A stretch of 64,000 bases of DNA, taken from the NCBI GenBank assembly GCA_964016885.1, contig OZ024742.1, positions 44,578,001 through 44,642,000 on the forward strand, written 5' to 3'. The translations under genes were made by a program, and so were the position numbers. Under the pieces are notes generated by a model. It saw only the letters and a program-made list of their open reading frames with translations, did no database searches and was not told the DNA's origin. This DNA is from Eledone cirrhosa. Taxonomy: Eukaryota. Each line of letters starts with the position of its first letter. Within the stretch, counting starts at the first letter, position 1. Shown here piece after piece: positions 34,691 through 46,800 of the stretch.

Positions 34691-37600
34691 GTAGTAGTAG
34701 TGGTGATAGTGGTAGTTGTGGTGTTGACAGTGGTGGTGGTAGTAGTAGTTGTGGTGATGGTATTAGTTGTGATGTTGACAGTGGTGGTGGTAGTAGTAGT
34801 TGTGGTGATGGTATTAGTTGTGATGTTGACAGTGGTGGTGGTAGTAGTAGTTGTGGTGATGGTATTAGTTGTGATGTTGACAGTGGAGGTGGTAGTAGTA
34901 GTTTTGGTGATGGTGGTAGTTGTGGTGTTGACAGTAGAGGTGGTAGTAGTAGTTGTGGTGATGGTATTAGTTGTGGTGTTGACAGTGGTGGTGGTAGTAG
35001 TAGTTGTGGTGATGGTGTTAGTTGTGGTGTTGACAGTGGAGGTGGTAGTAGTAGTTGTGGTGATGGTATTAGTTGTGATGTTGACAGTGGTGGTGGTAGT
35101 AGTAGTTGTGGTGATGGTGTTAGTTGTGGTGTTGACAGTGGTGGTGGTAGTAGTAGTTGTGGTGATGGTATTAGTTGTGGTGTTGACAGTGGTGGTGGTA
35201 GTAGTAGTTGTGGTGATGGTGTTAGTTGTGGTGTTGACAGTGGTGGTGGTAGTAGTAGTTGTGGTGATGGTATTAGTTGTGGTGTTGACAGTGGTGGTGG
35301 TAGTAGTAGTTATGGTGGTGGTATTAGTTGTGATGTTGACAGTGGAGGTGGTAGTAGTAGTTTTGGTGATGGTGGTAGTTGTGGTGTTGACAGTGGAGGT
35401 GGTAGTAGTAGTTGTGGTGATGGTATTAGTTGTGGTGTTGACAGTGGTGGTGGTAGTAGTAGTTGTGGTGATGGTATTAGTTGTGGTGTTGACAGTGGAG
35501 GTGGTAGTAGTAGTTGTGGTGATGGTGTTAGTTGTGGTGTTGACAGTGGTGGTGGTAGTAGTAGTTGTGGTGATGGTGTTAGTTGTGGTGTTGACAGTGG
35601 TGGTGGTAGTAGTAGTTTTGGTGATGGTATTAGTTGTGGTGTTGTCAGTGGTGGTGGTAGTAGTAGTTTTGGTGATGGTATTAGTTGTGGTGTTGACAGT
35701 GGTGGTGGTAGTAGTAGTTTTGGTGATGGTGTTAGTTGTGGTGTTGACAGTGGTGGTGGTAGTAGTAGTTGTGGTGATGGTGTTAGTTGTGGTGTTGACA
35801 GTGGTGGTGGTAGTAGTAGTTGTGGTGATGGTGGTAGTTGTGGTGTTGACAGTGGTGGTGGTAGTAGTAGTTGTGGTGATGGTGTTAGTTGTGGTGTTGA
35901 CAGTGGTGGTGGTAGTAGTAGTTGTGGTGATGGTATTAGTTGTGATGTTGACAGTGGTGGTGGTAGTAGTAGTTGTGGTGATGGTGTTAGTTGTGGTGTT
36001 GACAGTGGTGGTGGTAGTAGTAGTTGTGGTGATGGTATTAGTTGTGGTGTTGACAGTGGTGGTGGTAGTAGTAGTTGTGGTGATGGTATTAGTTGTGATG
36101 TTGACAGTGGTGGTGGTAGTAGTAGTTGTGGTGATGGTGTTAGTTGTGGTGTTGACAGTGGTGGTGGTAGTAGTAGTTTTGGTGATGGTATTAGTTGTGG
36201 TGTTGTCAGTGGTGGTGGTAGTAGTAGTTTTGGTGATGGTATTAGTTGTGGTGTTGACAGTGGTGGTGGTAGTAGTAGTTGTGGTGATGGTGTTAGTTGT
36301 GGTGTTGACAGTGGAGGTGGTAGTAGTAGTTGTGGTGATGGTATTAGTTGTGGTGTTGTCAGTGGTGGTGGTAGTAGTAGTTTTGGTGATGGTATTAGTT
36401 GTGGTGTTGACAGTGGTGGTGGTAGTAGTAGTTGTGGTGATGGTGTTAGTTGTGGTGTTGACAGTGGAGGTGGTAGTAGTAGTTGTGGTGATGGTGTTAG
36501 TTGTGGTGTTGACAGTGGTGGTGGTAGTAGTAGTTGTGGTGATGGTGTTAGTTGTGGTGTTGACAGTGGTGGTGGTAGTAGTAGTTGTGGTGATGGTATT
36601 AGTTGTGGTGTTGACAGTGGTGGTGGTAGTAGTAGTTATGGTGGTGGTATTAGTTGTGATGTTGACAGTGGAGGTGGTAGTAGTAGTTTTGGTGATGGTG
36701 GTAGTTGTGGTGTTGACAGTGGTGGTGGTAGTAGTAGTTATGGTGATGGTGTTAGTTGTGGTGTTGACAGTGGTGGTGGTAGTAGTAGTTGTGGTGATGG
36801 TGTTAGTTGTGGTGTTGACAGTGGTGGTGGTAGTAGTAGTTGTGGTGATGGTGTTAGTTGTGGTGTTGACAGTGGTGGTGGTAGTAGTAGTTGTGGTGAT
36901 GGTGTTAGTTGTGGTGTTGACAGTGGTGGTGGTAGTAGTAGTTGTGGTGATGGTGTTAGTTGTGGTGTTGACAGTGGTGGTGGTAGTAGTAGTTATGGTG
37001 ATGGTATTAGTTGTGATGTTGACAGTGGAGGTGGTAGTAGTAGTTTTGGTGATGGTGGTAGTTGTGGTGTTGACAGTGGTGGTGGTAGTAGTAGTTTTGG
37101 TGATGGTGGTAGTTGTGGTGTTGACAGTGGTGGTGGTAGTAGTAGTTGTGGTGATGGTGGTAGTTGTGGTGTTGACAGTGGTGGTGGTAGTAGTAGTTGT
37201 GGTGATGGTGTTAGTTGTGGTGTTGACAGTGGAGGTGGTAGTAGTAGTTGTGGTGATGGTGTTAGTTGTGATGTTGACAGTGGTGGTGGTAGTAGTAGTT
37301 ATGGTGATGGTATTAGTTGTGGTGTTGACAGTGGTGGTGGTAGTAGTAGTTTTGGTGATGGTGGTAGTTGTGATGTTGACAGTGGAGGTGGTAGTAGTAG
37401 TTTTGGTGATGGTGGTAGTTGTGATGTTGACAGTGGTGGTGGTAGTAGTAGTTTTGGTGATGGTGGTAGTTGTGGTGTTGACAGTGGTGGTGGTAGTAGT
37501 AGTTGTGGTGATGGTGGTAGTTGTGGTGTTGACAGTGGAGGTGGTAGTAGTAGTTTTGGTGATGGTGGTAGTTGTGATGTTGACAGTGGTGGTGGTAGTA

Positions 37601-40034
37601 GTAGTTTTGGTGATGGTGGTAGTTGTGGTGTTGACAGTGGTGGTGGTAGTAGTAGTTGTGGTGATGGTGGTAGTTGTGGTGTTGACAGTGGAGGTGGTAG
37701 TAGTAGTTGTGGTGATGGTGTTAGTTGTGGTGTTGACAGTGGAGGTGGTAGTAGTAGTTGTGGTGATGGTGTTAGTTGTGGTGTTGACAGTGGAGGTGGT
37801 AGTAGTAGTTTTGGTGATGGTGGTAGTTGTGATGTTGACAGTGGTGGTGGTAGTAGTAGTTTTGGTGATGGTGGTAGTTGTGGTGTTGACAGTGGTGGTG
37901 GTAGTAGTAGTTGTGGTGATGGTGTTAGTTGTGGTGTTGACAGTGGAGGTGGTAGTAGTAGTTTTGGTGATGGTGGTAGTTGTGATGTTGACAGTGGTGG
38001 TGGTAGTAGTAGTTTTGGTGATGGTGGTAGTTGTGGTGTTGACAGTGGTGGTGGTAGTAGTAGTTGTGGTGATGGTGTTAGTTGTGGTGTTGACAGTGGA
38101 GGTGGTAGTAGTAGTTTTGGTGATGGTGGTAGTTGTGATGTTGACAGTGGTGGTGGTAGTAGTAGTTTTGGTGATGGTGGTAGTTGTGGTGTTGACAGTG
38201 GTGGTGGTAGTAGTAGTTGTGGTGATGGTATTAGTTGTGGTGTTGTCAGTGGTGGTGGTAGTAGTAGTTGTGGTGATGGTGTTAGTTGTGGTGTTGTCAG
38301 TGGTGGTGGTAGTAGTAGTTGTGGTGATGGTGGTAGTTGTGGTGTTGACAGTGGAGGTGGTAGTAGTAGTTGTGGTGATGGTGTTAGTTGTGGTGTTGAC
38401 AGTGGAGGTGGTAGTAGTAGTTGTGGTGATGGTATTAGTTGTGATGTTGACAGTGGAGGTGGTAGTAGTAGTTGTGGTGATGACAGTGGAGGTGGTAGTA
38501 GTAGTTGTGGTGATGGTGTTAGTTGTGGTGTTGACAGTGGAGGTGGTAGTAGTAGTTTTGGTGATGGTGGTAGTTGTGATGTTGACAGTGGTGGTGGTAG
38601 TAGTAGTTGTGGTGATGGTGGTAGTTGTGGTGTTGACAGTGGAGGTGGTAGTAGTAGTTGTGGTGATGGTGTTAGTTGTGGTGTTGACAGTGGAGGTGGT
38701 AGTAGTAGTTGTGGTGATGGTATTAGTTGTGATGTTGACAGTGGAGGTGGTAGTAGTAGTTGTGGTGATGACAGTGGAGGTGGTAGTAGTAGTTGTGGTG
38801 ATGGTGTTAGTTGTGGTGTTGACAGTGGAGGTGGTAGTAGTAGTTTTGGTGATGGTATTAGTTGTGATGTTGACAGTGGAGGTGGTAGTAGTAGTTGTGG
38901 TGATGGTGTTAGTTGTGGTGTTGACAGTGGAGGTGGTAGTAGTAGTTGTGGTGATGGTGTTAGTTGTGATGTTGACAGTGGTGGTGGTAGTAGTAGTTAT
39001 GGTGATGGTATTAGTTGTGGTGTTGACAGTGGTGGTGGTGGTAGTAGTAGTTATGGTGATGGTGTTAGTTGTGGTGTTGACAGTGGAGGTGGTAGTAGTA
39101 GTTGTGGTGATGGTGTTAGTTGTGGTGTTGACAGTGGTGGTGGTAGTAGTAGTTATGGTGATGGTATTAGTTGTGATGTTGACAGTGGAGGTGGTAGTAG
39201 TAGTTTTGGTGATGGTGGTAGTTGTGGTGTTGACAGTGGTGGTGGTAGTAGTAGTTTTGGTGATGGTATTAGTTGTGGTGTTGACAGTGGTGGTGGTAGT
39301 AGTAGTTGTGGTGATGGTGTTAGTTGTGGTGTTGACAGTGGAGGTGGTAGTAGTAGTTTTGGTGATGGTATTAGTTGTGGTGTTGACAGTGGTGGTGGTA
39401 GTAGTAGTTGTGGTGATGGTGTTAGTTGTGGTGTTGACGGTGGTGGTGGTAGTAGTAGTTGTGGTGATGGTGTTAGTTGTGGTGTTGACAGTGGTGGTGG
39501 TAGTAGTAGTTGTGGTGATGGTATTAGTTGTGGTGTTGACAGTGGTGGTGGTAGTAGTAGTTGTGGTGATGGTGTTAGTTGTGGTGTTGACAGTGGTGGT
39601 GGTAGTAGTAGTTGTGGTGATGGTATTAGTTGTGGTGTTGACAGTGGTGGTGGTAGTAGTAGTTTTGGTGATGGTGGTAGTTGTGGTGTTGACAGTGGTG
39701 GTGGTAGTAGTAGTTTTGGTGATGGTATTAGTTGTGGTGTTGTCAGTGGTGGTGGTAGTAGTAGTTTTGGTGATGGTATTAGTTGTGGTGTTGACAGTGG
39801 TGGTGGTAGTAGTAGTTGTGGTGATGGTATTAGTTGTGGTGTTGACAGTGGTGGTGGTAGTAGTAGTTGTGGCGATGGTATTAGTTGTGGTGTTGACAGT
39901 GGTGGTGGTAGTAGTAGTTGTGGTGATGGTATTAGTTGTGGTGTTGACAGTGGAGGTGGTAGTAGTAGTTGTGGTGATGGTATTAGTTGTGGTGTTGACA
40001 GTGGTGGTGGTAGTAGTAGTTGTGGTGATGGTGT
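34691..40034. repeat. Satellite 1: 51-bp unit GTTGACAGTGGTGGTGGTAGTAGTAGTTGTGGTGATGGTRTTAGTTGTGRT, about 105 copies
   Basis: 17-codon periodicity (VDSGGGSSSCGDGVSCG) across 5.3 kb. Confidence 0.97.
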
Positions 40035-40815
40035 ATGATAATGGTGGTGATAGTGAAAGTATATGATAGTGGTGGTGATGGTATTAGTAGTGATGGTGAT
40101 GGTATATGATAGTGGGGAGGGTGTTAGTAGTGGTGGGGATAGTGACAACAGGAGTGTTAGTGATGGTAGTAATGGTATATGATAGTGGCAGCCATGATGG
40201 TGTTAGTAGTAGTGGTAGTATTGGTGGTGATGGTATTAGTGGTAGTGGTAGTATTGGTGGTGGTAGTGGTGGTGGTAGTAGTGACCATGATGGTATTAGT
40301 GGTAGTGGTAGTATTGGTGGTGATGGTATTAGTTGTGGTGGTGGTAGTAGTAGTGTAGGTGGTAGTAGTGATGGTGTTAGTAGTAGTTGTGGTGGTAGTA
40401 GTAGTACAAGTCTGCGTGTTTGCAGTTCTACCTTTACTTATGTGTGTTTGTGTTAATGACTACATGTGTGTTTCATACTGTCAGTACTTATGTATGTTTG
40501 TGTGTGTACATGTATGTGTGTTTGTGTGTGTACATGTATGTGTGTTTGTGTGTATAGATGTGTGTGGTGTTTGTGTGTGTACATGTTTGTGTGTGAACAT
40601 GTATGTGTGTTTGTGTGTATACATGCGTGTGGTGTTTGTGTGTGTACATGTTTGTGCGTGAACATGTATGTGTGTTTGTGTGTATACATGTGTGTGGTGT
40701 TTGTGTGTGTACTTGTATATGTGTATGCATTAACTTCTATGTGTGTTTGTGTGTGTACATCTATGTGTATTTATGTACTTGTATGTGAGTCTGTATGCAC
40801 GTATGTAGATGTGTA
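40035..40815. repeat. Degenerate trinucleotide repeats, then (TG)/TACA-rich repeats, forming the spacer between the satellites
   Basis: GTA/GTG mosaic to about 40405, then TGTGTGTTTGTGTGTACA-type repeats. Confidence 0.8.
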
Positions 40816-43800
40816 TAGGTGGGGCAGTAGTGGTGCTGGCTAGTGTGTAGGTGTGTGTGTGTGTGACAAAGGTGGGGCAGTAGTGGTGCTGGCTAGTGTG
40901 TAGGTGTGTGTGTGTGACAAGGATGGGGCAGTAGTGGTGCTGGCTAGTGTGTAGGTGTGTGTGTGTGTGACAAAGGTGGGGCAGTAGTGGTGCTGGCTAG
41001 TGTGTAGGTGTGTGTGTGTGTGACAAAGGTGGGGCAGTAGTGGTGCTGGCTAGTGTGTAGGTGTGTGTGTGTGACAAAGGTGGAGCAGTAGTGGTGCTGG
41101 CTAGTGTGTAGGTGTGTGTGTGTGACAAAGGTGGGGCAGTAGTGGTGCTGGCTAGTGTGTAGGTGTGTGTGTGTGACAAGGATGGGGCAGTAGTGGTGCT
41201 GGCTAGTGTGTAGGTGTGTGTGTGTGACAAAGGTGGGGCAGTAGTGGTGCTGGCTAGTGTGTAGGTGTGTGTGTGTGACAAGGATGGGGCAGTAGTGGTG
41301 CTGGCTAGTGTGTAGGTGTGTGTGTGTGTGACAAAGGTAGGGCAGTAGTGGTGCTGGCTAGTGTGTAGGTGTGTGTGTGTGTGACAAGGATGGGGCAGTA
41401 GTGGTGCTGGCTAGTGTGTAGGTGTGTGTGTGACAAGGATGGGGAAGTAGTGGTGCTGGCTAGTGTGTAGGTGTGTGTGTGTGACAAAGGTGGGACAGTA
41501 GTGGTGCTGGCTAGTGTGTAGGTGTGTGTGTGTATGACAAATGTGGGGCAGTAGTGGTGCTGGCTAGTGTGTAGGTGTGTGTGTGTGACAAAGGTGGGGC
41601 AGTAGTGGTGCTGGCTAGTGTGTAGGTGTGTGTGTGTGACAAAGGTGGAGCAGTAGTGGTGCTGGCTAGTGTGTAGTTGTGTGTGTATGACAAAGGTGGG
41701 GCAGTAGTGGTGCTGGCTAGTGTGTAGGTGTGTGTGTGTATGACAAATGTGGGGCAGTAGTGGTGCTGGCTAGTGTGTAGGTGTGTGTGTGTATGACAAA
41801 TGTGGGGCAGTAGTGGTGCTGGCTAGTGTGTAGGTGTGTGTGTGTGACAAAGGTGGAGCAGTAGTGGTGCTGGCTAGTGTGTAGTTGTGTGTGTATGACA
41901 AAGGTGGGGCAGTAGTGGTGCTGGCTAGTGTGTAGGTGTGTGTGTGTGACAAAGGTGGGGCAGTAGTGGTTCTGGCTAGTGTGTAGGTGTGTGTGTGTGA
42001 CAAAGGTGGGGCAGTAGTGGTGCTGGCTAGTGTGTATGTGTGTGTGTGTATGACAAATGTGGGGCAGTAGTGGTGCTGGCTAGTGTGTAGGTGTGTGTGT
42101 GTATGACAAATGTGGGGCAGTAGTGGTGCTGGCTAGTGTGTAGGTGTGTGTGTGTATGACAAATGTGGGGCAGTAGTGGTGCTGGCTAGTGTGTAGGTGT
42201 GTGTGTGTGACAAAGGTGGGGCAGTAGTGGTGCTGGCTAGTGTGTAGGTGTGTGTGTGACAAAGGTGGGGCAGTAGTGGTGCTGGCTAGTGTGTAGGTGT
42301 GTGTGTGTGACAAAGGTGGGGCAGTAGTGGTGCTGGCTAGTGTGTAGGTGTGTGTGTGACAAAGGTGGGGCAGTAGTGGTGCTGGCTAGTGTGTAGGTGT
42401 GTGTGTGACAAAGGTGGGGCAGTAGTGGTGCTGGCTAGTGTGTAGGTGTGTGTGTGACAAGGATGGGGAAGTAGTGGTGCTGGCTAGTGTGTAGGTGTGT
42501 GTGTGTGACAAAGGTGGGGCAGTAGTGGTGCTGGCTAGTGTGTAGGTGTGTGTGTGTGACAAGGATGGGGCAATAGTGGTGCTGGCTAGTGTGTAGGTGT
42601 GTGTGTGTGTGACAAGGATGGGGCAGTAGTGGTGCTGGCTAGTGTGTAGGTGTGTGTGTGTGTGACAAAGATGGGGCAGTAGTGGTGCTGGCTAGTGTGT
42701 AGGTGTGTGTGTGTGACAAAGGTGGGGCAGTAGTGGTGCTGGCTAGTGTGTAGGTGTGTGTGTGTGACAAGGATGGGGCAGTAGTGGTGCTGGCTAGTGT
42801 GTAGGTGTGTGTGTGTGACAAAGGTGGGGCAGTAGTGGTGCTGGCTAGTGTGTAGGTGTGTGTGTGTGACAAGGATGGGGCAGTAGTGGTGCTGGCTAGT
42901 GTGTAGGTGTGTGTGTGTGACAAAGGTGGGGCAGTAGTGGTGCTGGCTAGTGTGTAGGTGTGTGTGTGACAAAGGTGGGGCAGTAGTGGTGCTGGCTAGT
43001 GTGTAGGTGTGTGTGTGACAAAGGTGGGGCAGTAGTGGTGCTGGCTAGTGTGTAGGTGTGTGTGTGTGACAAGGATGGGGAAGTAGTGGTGCTGGCTAGT
43101 GTGTAGGTGTGTGTGTGTGACAAGGATGGGGCAATAGTGGTGCTGGCTAGTGTGTAGGTGTGTGTGTGTGTGACAAGGATGGGGCAGTAGTGGTGCTGGC
43201 TAGTGTGTAGGTGTGTGTGTGTGTGACAAAGATGGGGCAGTAGTGGTGCTGGCTAGTGTGTAGGTGTGTGTGTGTGACAAAGGTGGGGCAGTAGTGGTGC
43301 TGGCTAGTGTGTAGGTGTGTGTGTGTGACAAGGATGGGGCAGTAGTGGTGCTGGCTAGTGTGTAGGTGTGTGTGTGTGACAAAGGTGGGGCAGTAGTGGT
43401 GCTGGCTAGTGTGTAGGTGTGTGTGTGTGACAAGGATGGGGCAGTAGTGGTGCTGGCTAGTGTGTAGGTGTGTGTGTGTGACAAAGGTGGGGCAGTAGTG
43501 GTGCTGGCTAGTGTGTAGGTGTGTGTGTGTGACAAAGGTGGGGCAGTAGTGGTGCTGGCTAGTGTGTAGGTGTGTGTGTGTGACAAAGGTGGGGCAGTAG
43601 TGGTGCTGGCTAGTGTGTAGGTGTGTGTGTGTGTGACAAGGATGGGGCAGTAGTGGTGCTGGCTAGTGTGTAGGTGTGTGTGTGTGTGACAAAGATGGGG
43701 CAGTTGTGGTGCTGGCTAGTGTGTAGGTGTGTGTGTGTGACAAAGGTGGGGCAGTAGTGGTGCTGGCTAGTGTGTAGGTGTGTGTGTGTGACAAAGGTGG

Positions 43801-46800
43801 GGCAGTAGTGGTGCTGGCTAGTGTGTAAGTGTGTGTGTGTGTGACAAAGATGGGGCAGTAGTGGTGCTGGCTAGTGTGTAGGTGTGTGTGTGTGACAAAG
43901 ATGGGGCAGTAGTGGTGCTGGCTAGTGTGTAGGTGTGTGTGTGTGACAAAGATGGGGCAGTAGTGGTGCTGGCTAGTGTGTAGGTGTGTGTGTGACAAAG
44001 GTGGGGCAGTAGTGGTGCTGGCTAGTGTGTAGGTGTGTGTGTGTGACAAAGGTGGGCAGTAGTGGTCCTGGCTAGTGTGTAGGTGTGTGTGTGTGACAAA
44101 GATGGGGCAGTAGTGCTGCTGGCTAGTGTGTAGGTGTGTGTGTGTGACAAAGGTGGGGCAGTAGTGGTGCTGGCTAGTGTGTAGGTGTGTGTGTGTGACA
44201 AAGGTGGGGCAGTAGTGGTGCTGGCTAGTGTGTAGGTGTGTGTGTGTGACAAAGGTGGGGCAGTAGTGGTGCTGGCTAGTGTGTAGGTGTGTGTGTGTGA
44301 CAAAGATGGGGCAGTAGTGCTGCTGGCTAGTGTGTAGGTGTGTGTGTGTGACAAAGGTGGAGCAGTAGTGGTGCTGGCTAGTGTGTAGGTGTGTGTGTGT
44401 GACAAAGGTGGGGCAGTAGTGGTGCTGGCTAGTGTGTAGGTGTGTGTGTGTGTGACAAAGGTGGGGCAGTAGTGGTGCTGGCTAGTGTGTAGGTGTGTGT
44501 GTGTGACAAAGGTGGGGCAGTAGTGGTGCTGGCTAGTGTGTAGGTGTGTGTGTGTGACAAAGGTGGGGCAATAGTGGTGCTGGCTAGTTTGTAGGTGTGT
44601 GTGTGTGACAAGGATGGGTCAGTAGTTGTGCTGGCTAGTGTGTAGGTGTGTGTGTGTGTGACAAAGGTGGGGCAGTAGTGGTGCTGGCTAGTGTGTAGGT
44701 GTGTGTGTGTGACAAAGGTGGAGCAGTAGTGGTGCTGGCTAGTGTGTAGGTGTGTGTGTGTGACAAAGGTGGGGCATTAGTGGTGCTGGCTAGTGTGTAG
44801 GTGTGTGTGTGTGTGACAAAGGTGGGGCAGTAGTGGTGCTGGCTAGTGTGTAGGTGTGTGTGTGTGTGACAAAGGTGGGGCAGTAGTGGTGCTGGCTAGT
44901 GTGTAGGTGTGTGTGTGTGACAAAGGTGGGGCAGTAGTGGTGCTGGCTAGTGTGTAGGTGTGTGTGTGTGTGACAAAGGTGGGGCAGTAGTGGTGCTGGC
45001 TAGTGTGTAGGTGTGTGTGTGTGACAAGGATGGGGAAGTAGTGGTGCTGGCTAGTGTGTAGGTGTGTGTGTATGACAAATGTGGGGCAGTAGTGGTGCTG
45101 GCTAGTGTGTAGGTGTGTGTGTGTGACAAGAATGGGGCAGTAGTGGTGCTGGCTAGTGTGTAGGTATGGGTGTGTGATAAAGGTGGGGCAGTAGTGGTGC
45201 TGGCTAGTGTGTAGGTGTGTGTGTGTGACAAGGATGGGGCAGTAGTGGTGCTGGCTAGTGTGTAGGTGTGTGTGTGTGACAAAGGTGGGGCAGTAGTGGT
45301 GCTGGCTAGTGTGTAGGTGTGTGTGTGTGACAAAGGTGGGGCAGTAGTGGTGCTGGCTAGTGTGTAAGTGTGTGTGTGTGACAAGGATGGGGCAGTAGTG
45401 GTGCTGGCTGGTGTGTAGGTGTGTGTGTGTGACAAAGGTGGGGCAGTAGTGGTGCTGGCTAGTGTGTAGGTGTGTGTGTGTGACAAAGATGGGGCAGTAG
45501 TGGTGCTGGCTAGTGTGTAGGTGTGTGTGTGTGACAAGGATGGGGCAGTAGTGGTGCTGGCTGGTGTGTAGGTGTGTGTCTGTGACAAAGGTGGGGCAGT
45601 AGTGGTGCTGGCTAGTGTGTAGGTGTGTGTGTGTGACAAAGGTGGGGCAGTAGTGGTGCTGGCTAGTGTGTAGGTGTGTGTGTGTGACAAGGATGGGACA
45701 GTAGTGGTGCTGGCTAGTGTGTAGGTGTGTGTGTGTGACAAAGGTGGGGCAGTAGTGGTGCTGGCTAGTGTGTAGGTGTGTGTGTGTGACAAGGATGGGA
45801 CAGTAGTGGTGCTGGCTAGTGTGTAGGTGTGTGTGTGTGTCAAAGGTGGGGCAGTAGTGGTGCTGGCTAGTGTGTAGGTGTGTGTGTGTGACAAAGGTGG
45901 GGCAGTAGTGGTGCTGGCTAGTGTGTAGGTGTGTGTGTGTGACAAGGATGGGACAGTAGTGGTGCTGGCTAGTGTGTAGGTGTGTGTGTGTGACAAAGGT
46001 GGGGCAGTAGTGGTGCTGGCTAGTGTGTAGGTGTGTGTGTGTGACAAGGATGGGACAGTAGTGGTGCTGGCTAGTGTGTAGGTGTGTGTGTTGACAAAGG
46101 AGGGGCAATAGTGGTGCTGGCTAGTGTGTAGGTGTGTGTGTGTATGACAAAGGTGGGGCAGTAGTGGTGCTGGCTAGTGTGTAGGTGTGTGTGTGTGACA
46201 AAGGTGGGGCAATAGTGGTGCTGGCTAGTGTGTAGGTGTGTGTGTGTATGACAAAGGTGGGGCAGTAGTGGTGCTGGCTAGTGTGTAGGTGTGTGTGTGT
46301 GACAAAGGTGGGGCAGTAATGGTGCTGGCTAGTGTGTAGGTGTGTGTGTGTGACAAGGATGGGACAGTAGTGGTGCTTGCTAGTGTGTAGGTGTGTGTGT
46401 GTGACAAGGATGGGACAGTAGTGGTGCTGGCTAGTGTGTAGGTGTGTGTGTTGACAAAGGAGGGGCAATAGTGGTGCTGGCTAGTGTGTAGGTGTGTGTG
46501 TGTATGACAAAGGTGGGGCAGTAGTGGTGCTGGCTAGTGTGTAGGTGTGTGTGTGTATGACAAAGGTGGGGCAGTAGTGGTGCTGGCTAGTGTGTAGGTG
46601 TGTGTGTGTGACAAAGGTGGGGCAATAGTGGTGCTGGCTAGTGTGTAGGTGTGTGTGTGTATGACAAAGGTGGGGCAGTAGTGGTGCTGGCTAGTGTGTA
46701 GGTGTGTGTGTGTGACAAAGGTGGGGCAGTAATGGTGCTGGCTAGTGTGTAGGTGTGTGTGTGTGACAAGGATGGGACAGTAGTGGTGCTTGCTAGTGTG

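Noticed and set aside
34652-40148. Poly-Val ORF (+) and Pro/Leu-rich ORF (-)
   Set aside because: Alternative frames of the trinucleotide-built satellite 1.
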